Shown one piece after another: positions 52,903 through 62,655 of a stretch of DNA of 64,000 nt. Each line of letters begins with the position of its first letter. The first letter of the stretch is position 1. A program made the position numbers and the translations under genes. Source of the DNA: Candidatus Bathyarchaeota archaeon (GTDB lineage Archaea; Thermoproteota; Bathyarchaeia; Bathyarchaeales; Bathycorpusculaceae); the NCBI GenBank assembly GCA_963826715.1, contig CAWGYA010000008.1, positions 32,001 through 96,000 of the forward strand. The letters are read 5' to 3'. Below the pieces are notes generated by a model that was not told where the DNA came from, did no database searches, and worked only from the letters and a program-made list of their open reading frames with translations.

Positions 52903-54240
52903 CTAATCACGTATTCGATTTTTAAGCGAAGACCGCAAAACTTCCCGCATTGCATCCTTAACTTCCTCTTGAAGAATAGGAATTTTCGTTTTTAACATTG
53001 AAACGATTCTTTCCTTATTTTCAATAAGCGTTCTAACTTTAGAAAAAATCAGATCGCTATCTACATCCTTCAATGGAATTAAGCACTCTGTAAGCCCAAG
53101 ATCGTTTAGAAAACCTGTCTGCTTATGGTCATATGCTATACAAACAGTCGGCACATACCCAGAAGTCGCCAAAACCATCGGATGCATTTTGGAAGAAATG
53201 AGCAAATCCATTTGTTCTAAACTTAATTTAAACTCATCCAAACTATCAATTTTAAACACACGCGCTCTATTACGATTCTTCATCTTACTCATGACGAGTT
53301 TGGATACTTCAAAATCATCATTCTCAAACCCCGTAATAAAATGAGGGAAAAAACAAACATCAAGGTCATATGCTTCAACAACCTTATCTAAAGCTCGAGC
53401 ATTCTGATCCACAAAATTCTGAAAATCTTTTTCTGAAAGACTCTGGTTGTAAACACCAATAGAAACACCAATTGACGGCGAACTAAAATTATGTACGGGC
53501 ACCTTAGGATCAGCAGAAAACAACAAGGCAGCATCTGAAGTAAGGGTCATTTCTGGAACTACACCAAGCTTTTTGAGGGCATCAAAAGAAACAGAATCTC
53601 TAATAATTAGGGAATCAAAATTATTCAAAGCCAGTTTGGACATCAACAAACCTAGCCTAGTCTTGAACGGACCTACAGAATTTGGAAACATTACTAAAGG
53701 TTTACCCAGGAAACTACCAACGGAAACCTCAATCATACGCTCGAAAAGCATAGTCCACCATGTGATTGCCCAGTAGATATTAAGCGGCAGCATAGAAGCT
53801 GTTTCTTTAAAATTTTCATCACTACAAGAAACAACTACGTCACTATGAGCCATTCTCTTCAAAACATCGTTTTTGTAGAATGATGGAAGCCCTATCCGAA
53901 CAAGAACAACTGAAGGAACAAGTAGTGCAGTTTCCCAAAACATCAAAAATAAACTGAATAACGATAAGATTTTGTAACGAATCGACTTTCGAGAAATACC
54001 CATTCTCTTTGCAAAATTATCCGCTACGACATAAGGCACATCAATTAGGGTAGGCTGAATGGCAGTACCTTCAGGGAGATTAAGTCTCTTTACACCCTCT
54101 ATATCAGTAGTTGATACAGACAAAGTAACGTTACCATCAATTATTTCTCTGAGGGCGATATCATCGCTCTTCAGCAAAGCCTGAGTTCCCTTATTACTCA
54201 TGTGACCTACATGAATTATGTGTATTTTTGATTCATCCAA
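52903..54240 (-). CDS. polysaccharide pyruvyl transferase (WcaK/CsaB family)
   Basis: NKGTQA, PNSVGPF, IIRDSVS, SDAALL, SSKMH...IAYDHK. Confidence 0.88.
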   Translation of the reverse strand: MDESKIHIIHVGHMSNKGTQALLKSDDIALREIIDGNVTLSVSTTDIEGVKRLNLPEGTAIQPTLIDVPYVVADNFAKRMGISRKSIRYKILSLFSLFLMFWETALLVPSVVLVRIGLPSFYKNDVLKRMAHSDVVVSCSDENFKETASMLPLNIYWAITWWTMLFERMIEVSVGSFLGKPLVMFPNSVGPFKTRLGLLMSKLALNNFDSLIIRDSVSFDALKKLGVVPEMTLTSDAALLFSADPKVPVHNFSSPSIGVSIGVYNQSLSEKDFQNFVDQNARALDKVVEAYDLDVCFFPHFITGFENDDFEVSKLVMSKMKNRNRARVFKIDSLDEFKLSLEQMDLLISSKMHPMVLATSGYVPTVCIAYDHKQTGFLNDLGLTECLIPLKDVDSDLIFSKVRTLIENKERIVSMLKTKIPILQEEVKDAMREVLRSSLKNRIRD

Positions 54241-54255
54241 GATAGTTACCTCAAT

Positions 54256-55557
54256 TTAACGAGCAATCGATAGAGTTCTATAAATCCCTGAATATAATCT
54301 AAAGAATGAGAAAGGAAGATGAGAAAGTAAAGCCATAACGCTCTTATTTAAAGATAATTTGATACTCATGAAAATGAACAAGCCCCTCAAAAAAGCCATA
54401 AATGAAAAATGACCTGAAATACTAGGAATAAAAAATGGTGTCTGACGATTTACCGCTTTAATCATACCAAAGCGCGTAGAGAAATCATCCTTCTTGAACC
54501 GAAGATTAACCGCTTGAGATTTCTTAACCTTTTCCAAACTCACAGGCAACAAAGAGATCTTACCAGCAGATTCTAAATCACCCAGCAAATTCTCAGCAAA
54601 CTTTGTCCGAGTCACCAATATAGACTCACCAACTTTGTCGCAGCCAAACTCAGGCAACCATGCATCCCCAAGAGAAATATCCGACAACTCAGCCATCTGA
54701 TCAGGGCACATAATACATCGCACTGGTGTATAAAGAAAACTGGAAAAAACAGGCCAATATGAACGCCAGTTTCCAACTAAATCAATTCTAGTTGACCCCC
54801 GAGCGGTTCTAACTGTCATTGCACCAGGCCAACCACTTCCCCTATAGGTAATGCTTTGAACGTTATCCTTCCTGATATTTAATTTTCCAACAATAAAATC
54901 AGTACCGGAAAAACTAACCATATGAGAGCACATAAGACCCAAATGCAAAACTATCTTCTTTTTAAGCTCCGGAAACAACTCTTCCGCTTTCCTCACTCCA
55001 TGAAGGTGACAAGGCAAACCAACAACTGCAAACCTGCCTTTTGCATGCAGAATATCTTTTAACGCATAGTTGGCAGCCACAGGACAATATTTTGATTTTG
55101 ACGCTAAAATAATCTCTTCCGCTGATCTAGCAATAAATGCCTCAGACTGCAAAGGATTTGCAGAGTTCATTCGAGTAACAAGGGCACCATCAATCAAACC
55201 CAGCTCCAAAGCATAAATCAAAATCTGACTAGCCATTCCACCAGATGCAGAATTATATCGTAGATTTTGATCAATCGAATGACTAACATAACAGGTTAGA
55301 CATTCACCAGCCGAATAATCGGAAGGTACCTTTCCAAAAGCCGCAATATTCAATTTTTCAAAATCAACTTTGTAACCAGGACAAACTTTCGCACATATGC
55401 CACATGAAGAACATTTTTCTAAAGAAAGTTTGGGCTCCCAAAGCCCATTAACTACCGTCATAGTCAAGGCTTCACTGGGGCATACGCCAGCGCAGGTTCC
55501 ACAACCGTGGCATAACCCAGCCTCAACTACTTTGGAAACCGTAATCAAATTAATCAA
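54256..55557 (-). CDS. FrhB/FdhB-like (F420-hydrogenase beta-subunit family) protein with an N-terminal 2[4Fe-4S] ferredoxin domain
   Basis: CHGCGTCAGVCP and CSSCGICAKVCP; SASGG, SKY, VGLPC, GLMC, YRG.GWPG, RCIMCPD...DISLGDAW. Confidence 0.9.
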   Translation of the reverse strand: MINLITVSKVVEAGLCHGCGTCAGVCPSEALTMTVVNGLWEPKLSLEKCSSCGICAKVCPGYKVDFEKLNIAAFGKVPSDYSAGECLTCYVSHSIDQNLRYNSASGGMASQILIYALELGLIDGALVTRMNSANPLQSEAFIARSAEEIILASKSKYCPVAANYALKDILHAKGRFAVVGLPCHLHGVRKAEELFPELKKKIVLHLGLMCSHMVSFSGTDFIVGKLNIRKDNVQSITYRGSGWPGAMTVRTARGSTRIDLVGNWRSYWPVFSSFLYTPVRCIMCPDQMAELSDISLGDAWLPEFGCDKVGESILVTRTKFAENLLGDLESAGKISLLPVSLEKVKKSQAVNLRFKKDDFSTRFGMIKAVNRQTPFFIPSISGHFSFMAFLRGLFIFMSIKLSLNKSVMALLSHLPFSFFRLYSGIYRTLSIAR

Positions 55558-56482
55558 CTGCTTTGCGGACTTTTCCTACAACAAAACCGAACAGTACTAA
55601 CAATGATGATATAAATAATGTGGTTAATTGGCTTAAATCCTTCAAACGATAAAATCGTTTAAGACGACTCAATACTGAAGAAGTCGCAAGAAAATTCAGG
55701 TAATTACGCTCCTTATCTAGAGGCAGCGATGTACCTACAAAAGTGTCATTTATTAAGGCTTTAGAATATCCTTGATAGAATGATCTCTTCCAAAGATACT
55801 TAAAGGTCATCCTTTTGGAACTAACTTTATGGAGCACAACAGCAGAAGGGTCATTCATAATTTTTGCATCAGGAAGTTTTAGATGAACTCTGTTAGAAAA
55901 TTCTGGCTCCTCTCCATCCAAAAGAACCTTTCCTAATCGCCCAACATCATTTCTGAAATAGCCTACCTTCTCGAAAACAGAGCGTCTAAAAGACATGTTA
56001 CAGCCAATCGGATTTCTTACAGCTTCCCACTTATTACTTAGGCCTTTATAAGAACACCCAATAATCCAATTGAGTTCTTCTGGGAACCAATCAAAAGACT
56101 TACTCTCTTCCTACAAAGGGACAACCAGTCCCCCAACACCAGCAACTTTTGGTTCGGAATAATTCCTGAAAATGTTCTTCAGCCAATTCCTATCAGCAAC
56201 TGCGTCATCATCGATGAAAGCAATTATTTCACTCTTTGAATATCTAACTCCAGCATTTCTTGCGTTAGAAAGCCCAAAACCATTGCTTGATAGAATCTTA
56301 ACTTCTTTCGGAACAATAGACCGAAAGAATCGTATAAGATCAGAATCATGATCCAAAATTAGCAAAATCTCATTAGGCAAAAAAGTTTGGTTTTGCAATG
56401 AATATATGCAATCTAATACCTGATCTTTCAAAGCTTTTGAGTAAGTCGAAATGACAACGGAAATTCCTTCTTCAACAATCAA
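55550..56482 (-). CDS. GT2 glycosyltransferase interrupted by an in-frame TAG (56111-56113)
   Basis: GLSNARNAG, FIDDDA, VGGLVVPL*EESKSFDWFPEELNWIIGC...IGCNMSFRR. The two ORFs are in the same frame, 38 codons apart. Confidence 0.85.
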
Positions 56483-56780
56483 ATAACATAGTCAACCTTA
56501 TGTAATTAAACACTGTTAGTCTAAAAACACAGCAATTGTCTAAAGCATCCAACATTATAAATATAATGTAGGCACCTATTAAAATACTCAATCCAATGCC
56601 AATGACAAAAAGACAATATTTTAACTTTGATAATTTTACAAAAGCAATTTATAAAGTTGAATTCAAAACATATTTTAATATTTGCTCACTACATAATTTC
56701 TATTAACCTTAATTATTTATAGAAAAAACTTTCACAAAACCAGTATCCAACATAAAAGAATTAAATTTTTCATATCAAAA

Positions 56781-57360
56781 TTAAGGAGATCGATTCTTAT
56801 TATTAGTTTTAAATTGATTGAATTCTCTAAATATCGCAAAAGTAGCTAAAATAATAATAAACGCAACCAAGCTAAAAGTGATTGGCGTTAACCTTACTCC
56901 CCAAGGTGTACTGTTCAATACTAACCCAACCAAGGGAGCAATAATTAGACTCAATCCAACACTAAAGACAATTTTTTCTAATAATTCCATTTTTGTTGAA
57001 GAGTTCTTATGGGTAATTTGTATAAAAACAAAGATTTCATTAAAACAAACCCAGGCAAAAACATTATTAGAATTATACTGAGAAGAGATCGCAGATAAGT
57101 TAGTGGAAAGAAATTCGCAGGAATTACGAAAATGGTAACTGCTGCAATCGCTGCAAGAAAGATTGTAATCCAGTACCAGGTACATTTGGAGAAAAAAGCA
57201 ATAAGACCTTCTCTCATAGATTCAGAACCTTTTTCTGGTGATAATTTAACTTTGTTTTTTAATTGAACCAATTCGCGCGTAAAGCTTTTTGTTTAAGATT
57301 TTGATTAAGTCGGACTATATAAATCGGCTTTTTAGTTTCTATTATATCTCCTTCATCATT
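56781..57360 (-). pseudogene. frameshifted paralogue of the DUF1616-TM gene 8024-8644
   Basis: WYW...YLRSLLS...FLPGFVLMKSLF then LEKIVFSVGLSLIIAPLVGLVLNSTPWGVRL lie in different frames. The 5' region contains stops. Confidence 0.75.
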
Positions 57361-57473
57361 ATGAACATTTATAATTCATTTTCAATTATTGTTTTATTTA
57401 GGAAGCATTTGTCTTTGTAGTCTAAGTAAAGCCTTAGAGTCAAGGTTGGATAAAAGCTATCACTAACCGTTAT

Positions 57474-58076
57474 TTAGATTTTACTTGTGCAGTTAAGCTG
57501 TAAATAGACAAATCGGTTGTTAAATTCGAACATGTTTGTTTGACTGTTAAAAGACCAAAGTTCGAATAATAGCTTGTATTGATATTCCGATTTTGTGGAA
57601 TTCCAAATTGATTCTTTATTTACGTTGGAATCCCACCCATTTAATATCAGATTACCGACAACCAATTGATTATTTGAGACGATAGCGTTAGAAAATGAGA
57701 AAGTAAATGCTTTTTCAAATACACGTTCATCTTGAACTAAGAACCGGTATTCCTGCAAAGGCTGCAAAGTACTGGCAATTCCTTTACTAACATCTGGTAG
57801 AATATCAGAGGCATTCAAAAACTTAATATAAACAAGATAGTAGGCTGCAGATCCAATATGATTTCCAACATCAAAATATACAGTGTAATCCTGATTTGGC
57901 ATAATATTATGCGGATATTCTTCTGCCATACGTTCAGGTCCAAGTAGATAAAACTCAGAAAACTGTTCCCCCAAAGGACGGGAGATAAAACCTGAGATAG
58001 AGGGAGATGCAATGAGCAATGCTACGATTAGTCCTGTTGAAATTAAGATAATTTTATATTGCTCAAGCTTCATCAT
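57474..58076 (-). CDS. DUF1616 extracellular-domain protein with N-terminal TM
   Basis: EQFSEFYLLGP...EYP...VGNHIG...KLLFELWSFN; paralogue of the C-terminal half of 6951-7922. Confidence 0.8.
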   Translation of the reverse strand: MMKLEQYKIILISTGLIVALLIASPSISGFISRPLGEQFSEFYLLGPERMAEEYPHNIMPNQDYTVYFDVGNHIGSAAYYLVYIKFLNASDILPDVSKGIASTLQPLQEYRFLVQDERVFEKAFTFSFSNAIVSNNQLVVGNLILNGWDSNVNKESIWNSTKSEYQYKLLFELWSFNSQTNMFEFNNRFVYLQLNCTSKI

Positions 58077-58583
58077 TGGCACCCTCAGATTTTGAATTAT
58101 TTAGGTTTTTTGAGTAGTTGCGCCTGAAAAAACGCCAAACAGTAAATAAAACGAATAATCAGCGTCAATAGTCCAGTAATTGTTATCGCCAAATTTGACC
58201 AAAAACCAGCCTTAGTTGAATTTTGAGCTTCTTCTTTAGCTTGCTGAGCTAATACATTAACGTTGCCTTGCAATTGAAACAGCTTCATCTGATTTAGAGT
58301 TAACTGTAGCAGTATCGCCAATTCTATATGCATTTTCCGCTTCCGATAACAGAGCAGTTGCACGGTTCAGCTGATTGACTAAACCCGTTACATTTGCACC
58401 AGTATTTTCCGCGCTCAATAAAATTTTGAATACTTGATTAACAACATTACTTGCTGCATCCAAATTATTATTTTGAGCACCCGCAAAATATTCGTCAACA
58501 TAAATACTAACCATCAAGAGAGAAAGTAAACCTAAGACCAAAAATTTTCGAAAAATAATCATAATAGTCATCTTTAGCACCAT
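58063..58583 (-). CDS. secreted helical protein with C-terminal TM; two frameshifts (about 58265 and 58150)
   Basis: AENTGANVTGLVNQLNRA..LLSEAE matches ASHAGGETSRLIEQLNYA of 6951-7922. The restored end (IVLFTVWRFFRRNYSKNL...EGANDEA*) overlaps the next ATG. Confidence 0.7.
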
Positions 58584-59292
58584 AACTTCTTTATTTATTT
58601 CTGAGTCAACTAGTCAACTATTAAGGTATTTATATCATTAATTCAACATTTTACGATTAAAACTAAGCAGAAGAAATACGATTAGAATACAATTGCTTCC
58701 ATTAAAACCGCAGTAAAACCTACAAAGTCCCTGCCTGAAGGCAGTGGAAAAGCACAAATTCCCAGCAGCGCATTTACTTATCTCTTTCTCTCGCTCTCCT
58801 TTAGTGAAGAATCCAAACATTTAATGGATAAACCAAAACACTGCAAGTTATTTTGAATAAAATTAAATACAAAACAAACAATAGCTACTAAAACTGACGC
58901 TCCAAATAAGACGATGAAACTTTCTTTTACAAATCTATGTAGCCTTATTTGGAGACGCATAATACTTCACACAGCAAAAAGCAATCATCAGATATAAACA
59001 ATGTTTCTAAAGACTCAATAAATTTCTAAAAAAAAATTATAAAAAAAAATTATTCAATATACATTAGCCAATAATCTAATTAAAACACTAAATTTAGTGA
59101 TAAAAAAGATTAAAATAACGCCAATACAGTAGCAGGAAGCAAAAACTAAAACAAAAGCCACACCAGTTGATTCTCTGCATTGCCATTAGGTATTTTACCG
59201 CTTTTTCGATCAACCTCAACGGAGGTTCATAAATTGAAAACGAGCTTAAAAAATGAAAAAAATAAAAGGAGGCATTTGGTGGAAATTTTTGT

Positions 59293-60456
59293 TTAACGGC
59301 GAGTTCGCGAAGATGAATGGTGGTATGAACTCCAAGTTTGATATCCAGACCACGATGAGCCTGAAGAATATCTGGAGTTACCTGAGTCTGACGATGGAGA
59401 TGTAGTTGAAGACGGTGTGGGAGTCGGACTAGAAGTTGTTGGTGGTGATGTGGTTGATGGGGTTGACGCGTGGACTTGTCGAAGGTGAATTTACGGTTGC
59501 AGTATTTACTAACGCATAGAATGCAGAGATTTGGTGTATAGCCTTTGAATATATTGTAGGTTTCACCGGTTGATTCTGGTTGACTAACCCAACAGAATAT
59601 TTGATCTATCCCTTTGGACTTTGCGTAAGCAACGAAAGATTGAACATAGGCCTTTTGGTCAGCGAGGTTATTGTTAGATTTGCCAAATTCGGTGATCCAC
59701 AATTGTTTATTTTGGCTGTGAGCAGCGGACAACGCGTTTAAGATTTTCGATTCTGTACATCCATAAACTGATGCTGACGGATTTCTTGCATCCCAATATG
59801 AATTGCGACATAGAGAAATCAGTTGCTTTATCAATTGCTGACGAATAATGTCCTGTGCTTGGGCTGTAACCACCCATAAATCTCACAGATACAGGTTTAT
59901 CAGTTACGCTATGTGCAGCAGCTATTACGGTCAAGATAAAGTTATTTTCGCTTGAAGATGCAGTTCTAGCTTGGGGTTCATTGAGTATCATGAAAGCATT
60001 GACATTATATCCGTTAAATGCAGACAGAGTTGTTTTTACATAATTTATGTAGGTATTGCGATTAGAGGCTGAACTGGACGCAGAATCCCTGAACTTTTGA
60101 TCCCATGTCGTGTACCAAGTGTGCAAATCGACGTTAATGGAGATTCCGTGTTCATTGGCAATTGGAATAATGGTTTTTATTTTTGATACAGCGGTATTAC
60201 TGTTACCGGTGAATTCGGTATACGAGTTTATTCTTAGAGTCAGTGTTGTGATTCCCTGATTCTGCAGAGTTGTCATAAAGTTTTGGATTTCAGAATTTGT
60301 CATACTGTAGTAGTTAATCAGTTCTGTGCTTACTAATGTGGGGATTGTTGCGGCTTGAGCAAAGATTGCTGATGGGTCAATGGCAGTTAAGAATCCACAG
60401 ATCATCAGAGTCATCAACGTAGTCATTAGTAGGGTTTTAAAGGTTGATTTTTTCAT
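59293..60456 (-). CDS. secreted clan GH-A glycoside hydrolase, paralogue of 48604-49806, with a C-terminal Ser/Thr/Pro tail; three frameshifts (about 59815, 59528, 59470)
   Basis: [32 protein letters not shown] / [23 protein letters not shown] / AFYALVN / STPSTTSPP...SRTRR* ending at TAA 59293-59295. Confidence 0.8.
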
Positions 60457-60705
60457 TTATTTTTCCCTCTCTCTTTTTAATACAAACCTTTTATTACAAA
60501 GTAACATATGGTTGATATCGTTTAAGTTTTTTGTAACCGACGACGTAAACACATTGTTACATAAACTGCGCCAACTAAGCAATTTTTTATTTAAATTTGT
60601 CATTCCTGCGAAGCAAAGTTGATACCTTTGCAAAAGTCAATTTAAACAGAGCTAAACCAAGTTGAACCGAACTTAAAACCTAAAAAGATAGAAAAAGAAA
60701 ACACC

Positions 60706-61422
60706 TTAAGGCTTCAAGGTAAATGTATTAGATATAATTCTTCTAAATATTTCAATCCCATTACGCGGTCCAAGCTTCTTCTTACCCAAGCGTAATCTAT
60801 AGTCAATTGGCAGCTCTGCTATCGCATAACCTTTACGGTCAACCAAAGAGTTAAGTTCGACTTCAATGTCAAACCCCTTGCTTTTTGGTTTCCAATTTCT
60901 TAAAAGATCAGCCCTAACAACCCGCAAACCTGACAAGGGATCACTTAGCTTGATTCCATTTAGGAGATAATGAATTGCTGCAATTAACTGGTTGCCAATA
61001 TAGAAAACATTTTTTGAAGATTTGTCATGATTTTTTGAGCCATTGAAGCGGTCTCCAATCACCATTCCGACGTTTGGAAAACTCTCCAAAAGCTTGACCA
61101 TCATAGGAATAGACTCAGCGGGGTATGTATAATCAGCGTCAGTAAAAACAACATATTGATTGTTGTAATTTAGCTCTTCAAGACCCTGCATCATGGCGTT
61201 GCCTTTACCAACGCCCTTCTGGATAGAAACTTTGGCGCCAAAATTTCGGGCAATTTCAACTGTTCGATCTTCGCTATTTCCATCGACTACAATTAAATAG
61301 GGTCTGCCTAAGACCGTTTGAATTTCTTCTATTGTGGGTCCTATGCCGGGTTCTTCATTTAGGGCGGCGAGAACCACTGCAATCTGTGAAGATGGATTTT
61401 GTATTCCTATTTGTTCAAGCAT
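60706..61422 (-). CDS. GT2 glycosyltransferase, dolichol-phosphate sugar synthase-like
   Basis: AALNEE, VVDGNSEDRT, GKGNA, FTDADYTYP, IGDRF, DPLSGLR, FDIEVE. Confidence 0.92.
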   Translation of the reverse strand: MLEQIGIQNPSSQIAVVLAALNEEPGIGPTIEEIQTVLGRPYLIVVDGNSEDRTVEIARNFGAKVSIQKGVGKGNAMMQGLEELNYNNQYVVFTDADYTYPAESIPMMVKLLESFPNVGMVIGDRFNGSKNHDKSSKNVFYIGNQLIAAIHYLLNGIKLSDPLSGLRVVRADLLRNWKPKSKGFDIEVELNSLVDRKGYAIAELPIDYRLRLGKKKLGPRNGIEIFRRIISNTFTLKP

Positions 61423-61608
61423 TTCTCCTTTCCCTCAACAATATTTTCAGTGTAAGAATAGTTATAAAGCATTATTACGAATCACGATATAAGACGTACC
61501 CTGACCGTTTATAAGGCCCCAAAACGAAAAAAAAATAACTGATCAGACTTTATTAAGCTTTTGACCGGTAACTCAATTTCACTCAATGAAAAAATCATAA
61601 AAAAACTC

Positions 61609-62547
61609 TCACAATTTCGCCTCAAGCAAAACACAAAGACCATCCCTTAGCGAAACCTTAGGCGCATAACCCAAATACTTTTGAGCCTTGGAAATATCTG
61701 CATAACTATCTTTAATGTCACCTACCCGAGAAGATTCATAACAAATATCTAAGTCTACGTCAGCTAATTCTAAAATCGTTTTAGCTAACTCATTAACGGA
61801 CGTGGGCTTGCCTGAACCAACATTAAAAACTTCGCCCTCAACACCCTCAACGACCATTGCAGCTAAAATAGCATCCACGACATCAGCAACATTAACGAAA
61901 TCTCTTGTCTGCAAACCATCACCATAAATCAGCAAGGGCTCTTTCTTTTTTATGCGATCCATAAACTTTGTTATAACTCCACTGTAATCGTTCATGCCCT
62001 GCCGTGGACCGTAAACGTTTAGAAAACGCAGAATAACCGACTTCAAAAGCTTACGCTCACTAAAGCCCAAACAGTAACGTTCCCCAAGAAGCTTAGAGTC
62101 TGCGTAGGGAGAAATCGGGTTTACCTTAACAGTTTCATTTATCGGCAAAACTTTTGTGTCACCATAAACTGCGCAACTGGAAGCAAACACAAACTTCCCA
62201 ATACCTTCCTGGACGCTGCTTCGCAAAAGATTTGACGTACCTGAAAGGTTTACATCAAAGGTTAACTCTGGATTTTGAATTGAGAGGGGCACACTGATGA
62301 GGGCCGCTAGATGAATAACTACATCAACACCTTTGAGGGTACTTTTGACGATTTTTTCATCACGGATGTCACCTTCAACAAACTCTACAGCACCAGAAGA
62401 CAAATGCGCCCCAATATTGGCTAAGTTCCCGCTGGATAAATCATCAAGAACCCTAACAGAATAACCCTGGGTAATTAGGCGATCAACAACATGGCTGCCA
62501 ATGAAACCAGCACCACCAGTAACCAAAACCATAATTTTTTCAGGCAT
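61609..62547 (-). CDS. NAD-dependent epimerase (UDP-Glc/GlcNAc 4-epimerase-like)
   Basis: TGGAGFIGSH, HLAA, ASSCAVYG, SPYADSK, LNVYGPRQ, RDFV. Confidence 0.93.
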   Translation of the reverse strand: MPEKIMVLVTGGAGFIGSHVVDRLITQGYSVRVLDDLSSGNLANIGAHLSSGAVEFVEGDIRDEKIVKSTLKGVDVVIHLAALISVPLSIQNPELTFDVNLSGTSNLLRSSVQEGIGKFVFASSCAVYGDTKVLPINETVKVNPISPYADSKLLGERYCLGFSERKLLKSVILRFLNVYGPRQGMNDYSGVITKFMDRIKKKEPLLIYGDGLQTRDFVNVADVVDAILAAMVVEGVEGEVFNVGSGKPTSVNELAKTILELADVDLDICYESSRVGDIKDSYADISKAQKYLGYAPKVSLRDGLCVLLEAKL

Positions 62548-62655
62548 ACCATATACTCAGCGAAGTAATTTATTAAACAATTTGATAACTAAAGATGTTG
62601 ATATTTCACTAGTCAGCTAATCCACACAAACTGAAAGTCTCTTTTCTCCACCAAC

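Noticed and set aside
54256-55557. F420-reducing hydrogenase or methanogenesis marker
   Set aside because: No FrhA, FrhG or maturation genes are nearby. The gene sits within a polysaccharide operon, where FrhB-like proteins are known to occur.
56111-56113. Genome-wide amber recoding (pyrrolysine or alternative code)
   Set aside because: TAG terminates several clearly complete genes (MFS, DUF1616-TM, MoxR), and the internal TAGs fall at Trp positions, one substitution from TGG.
58638-58960. Two short hydrophobic ORFs as real genes
   Set aside because: Each is only 60 aa with no recognisable motif. They may be a decayed membrane gene but cannot be supported.
59094-59873. ORF with a His/Gln-rich tail (QPHQPHHHQQ) as a metal-binding protein
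   Set aside because: It is an out-of-frame reading of the Ser/Thr/Pro tail of the frameshifted hydrolase, whose true stop is at 59293-59295.
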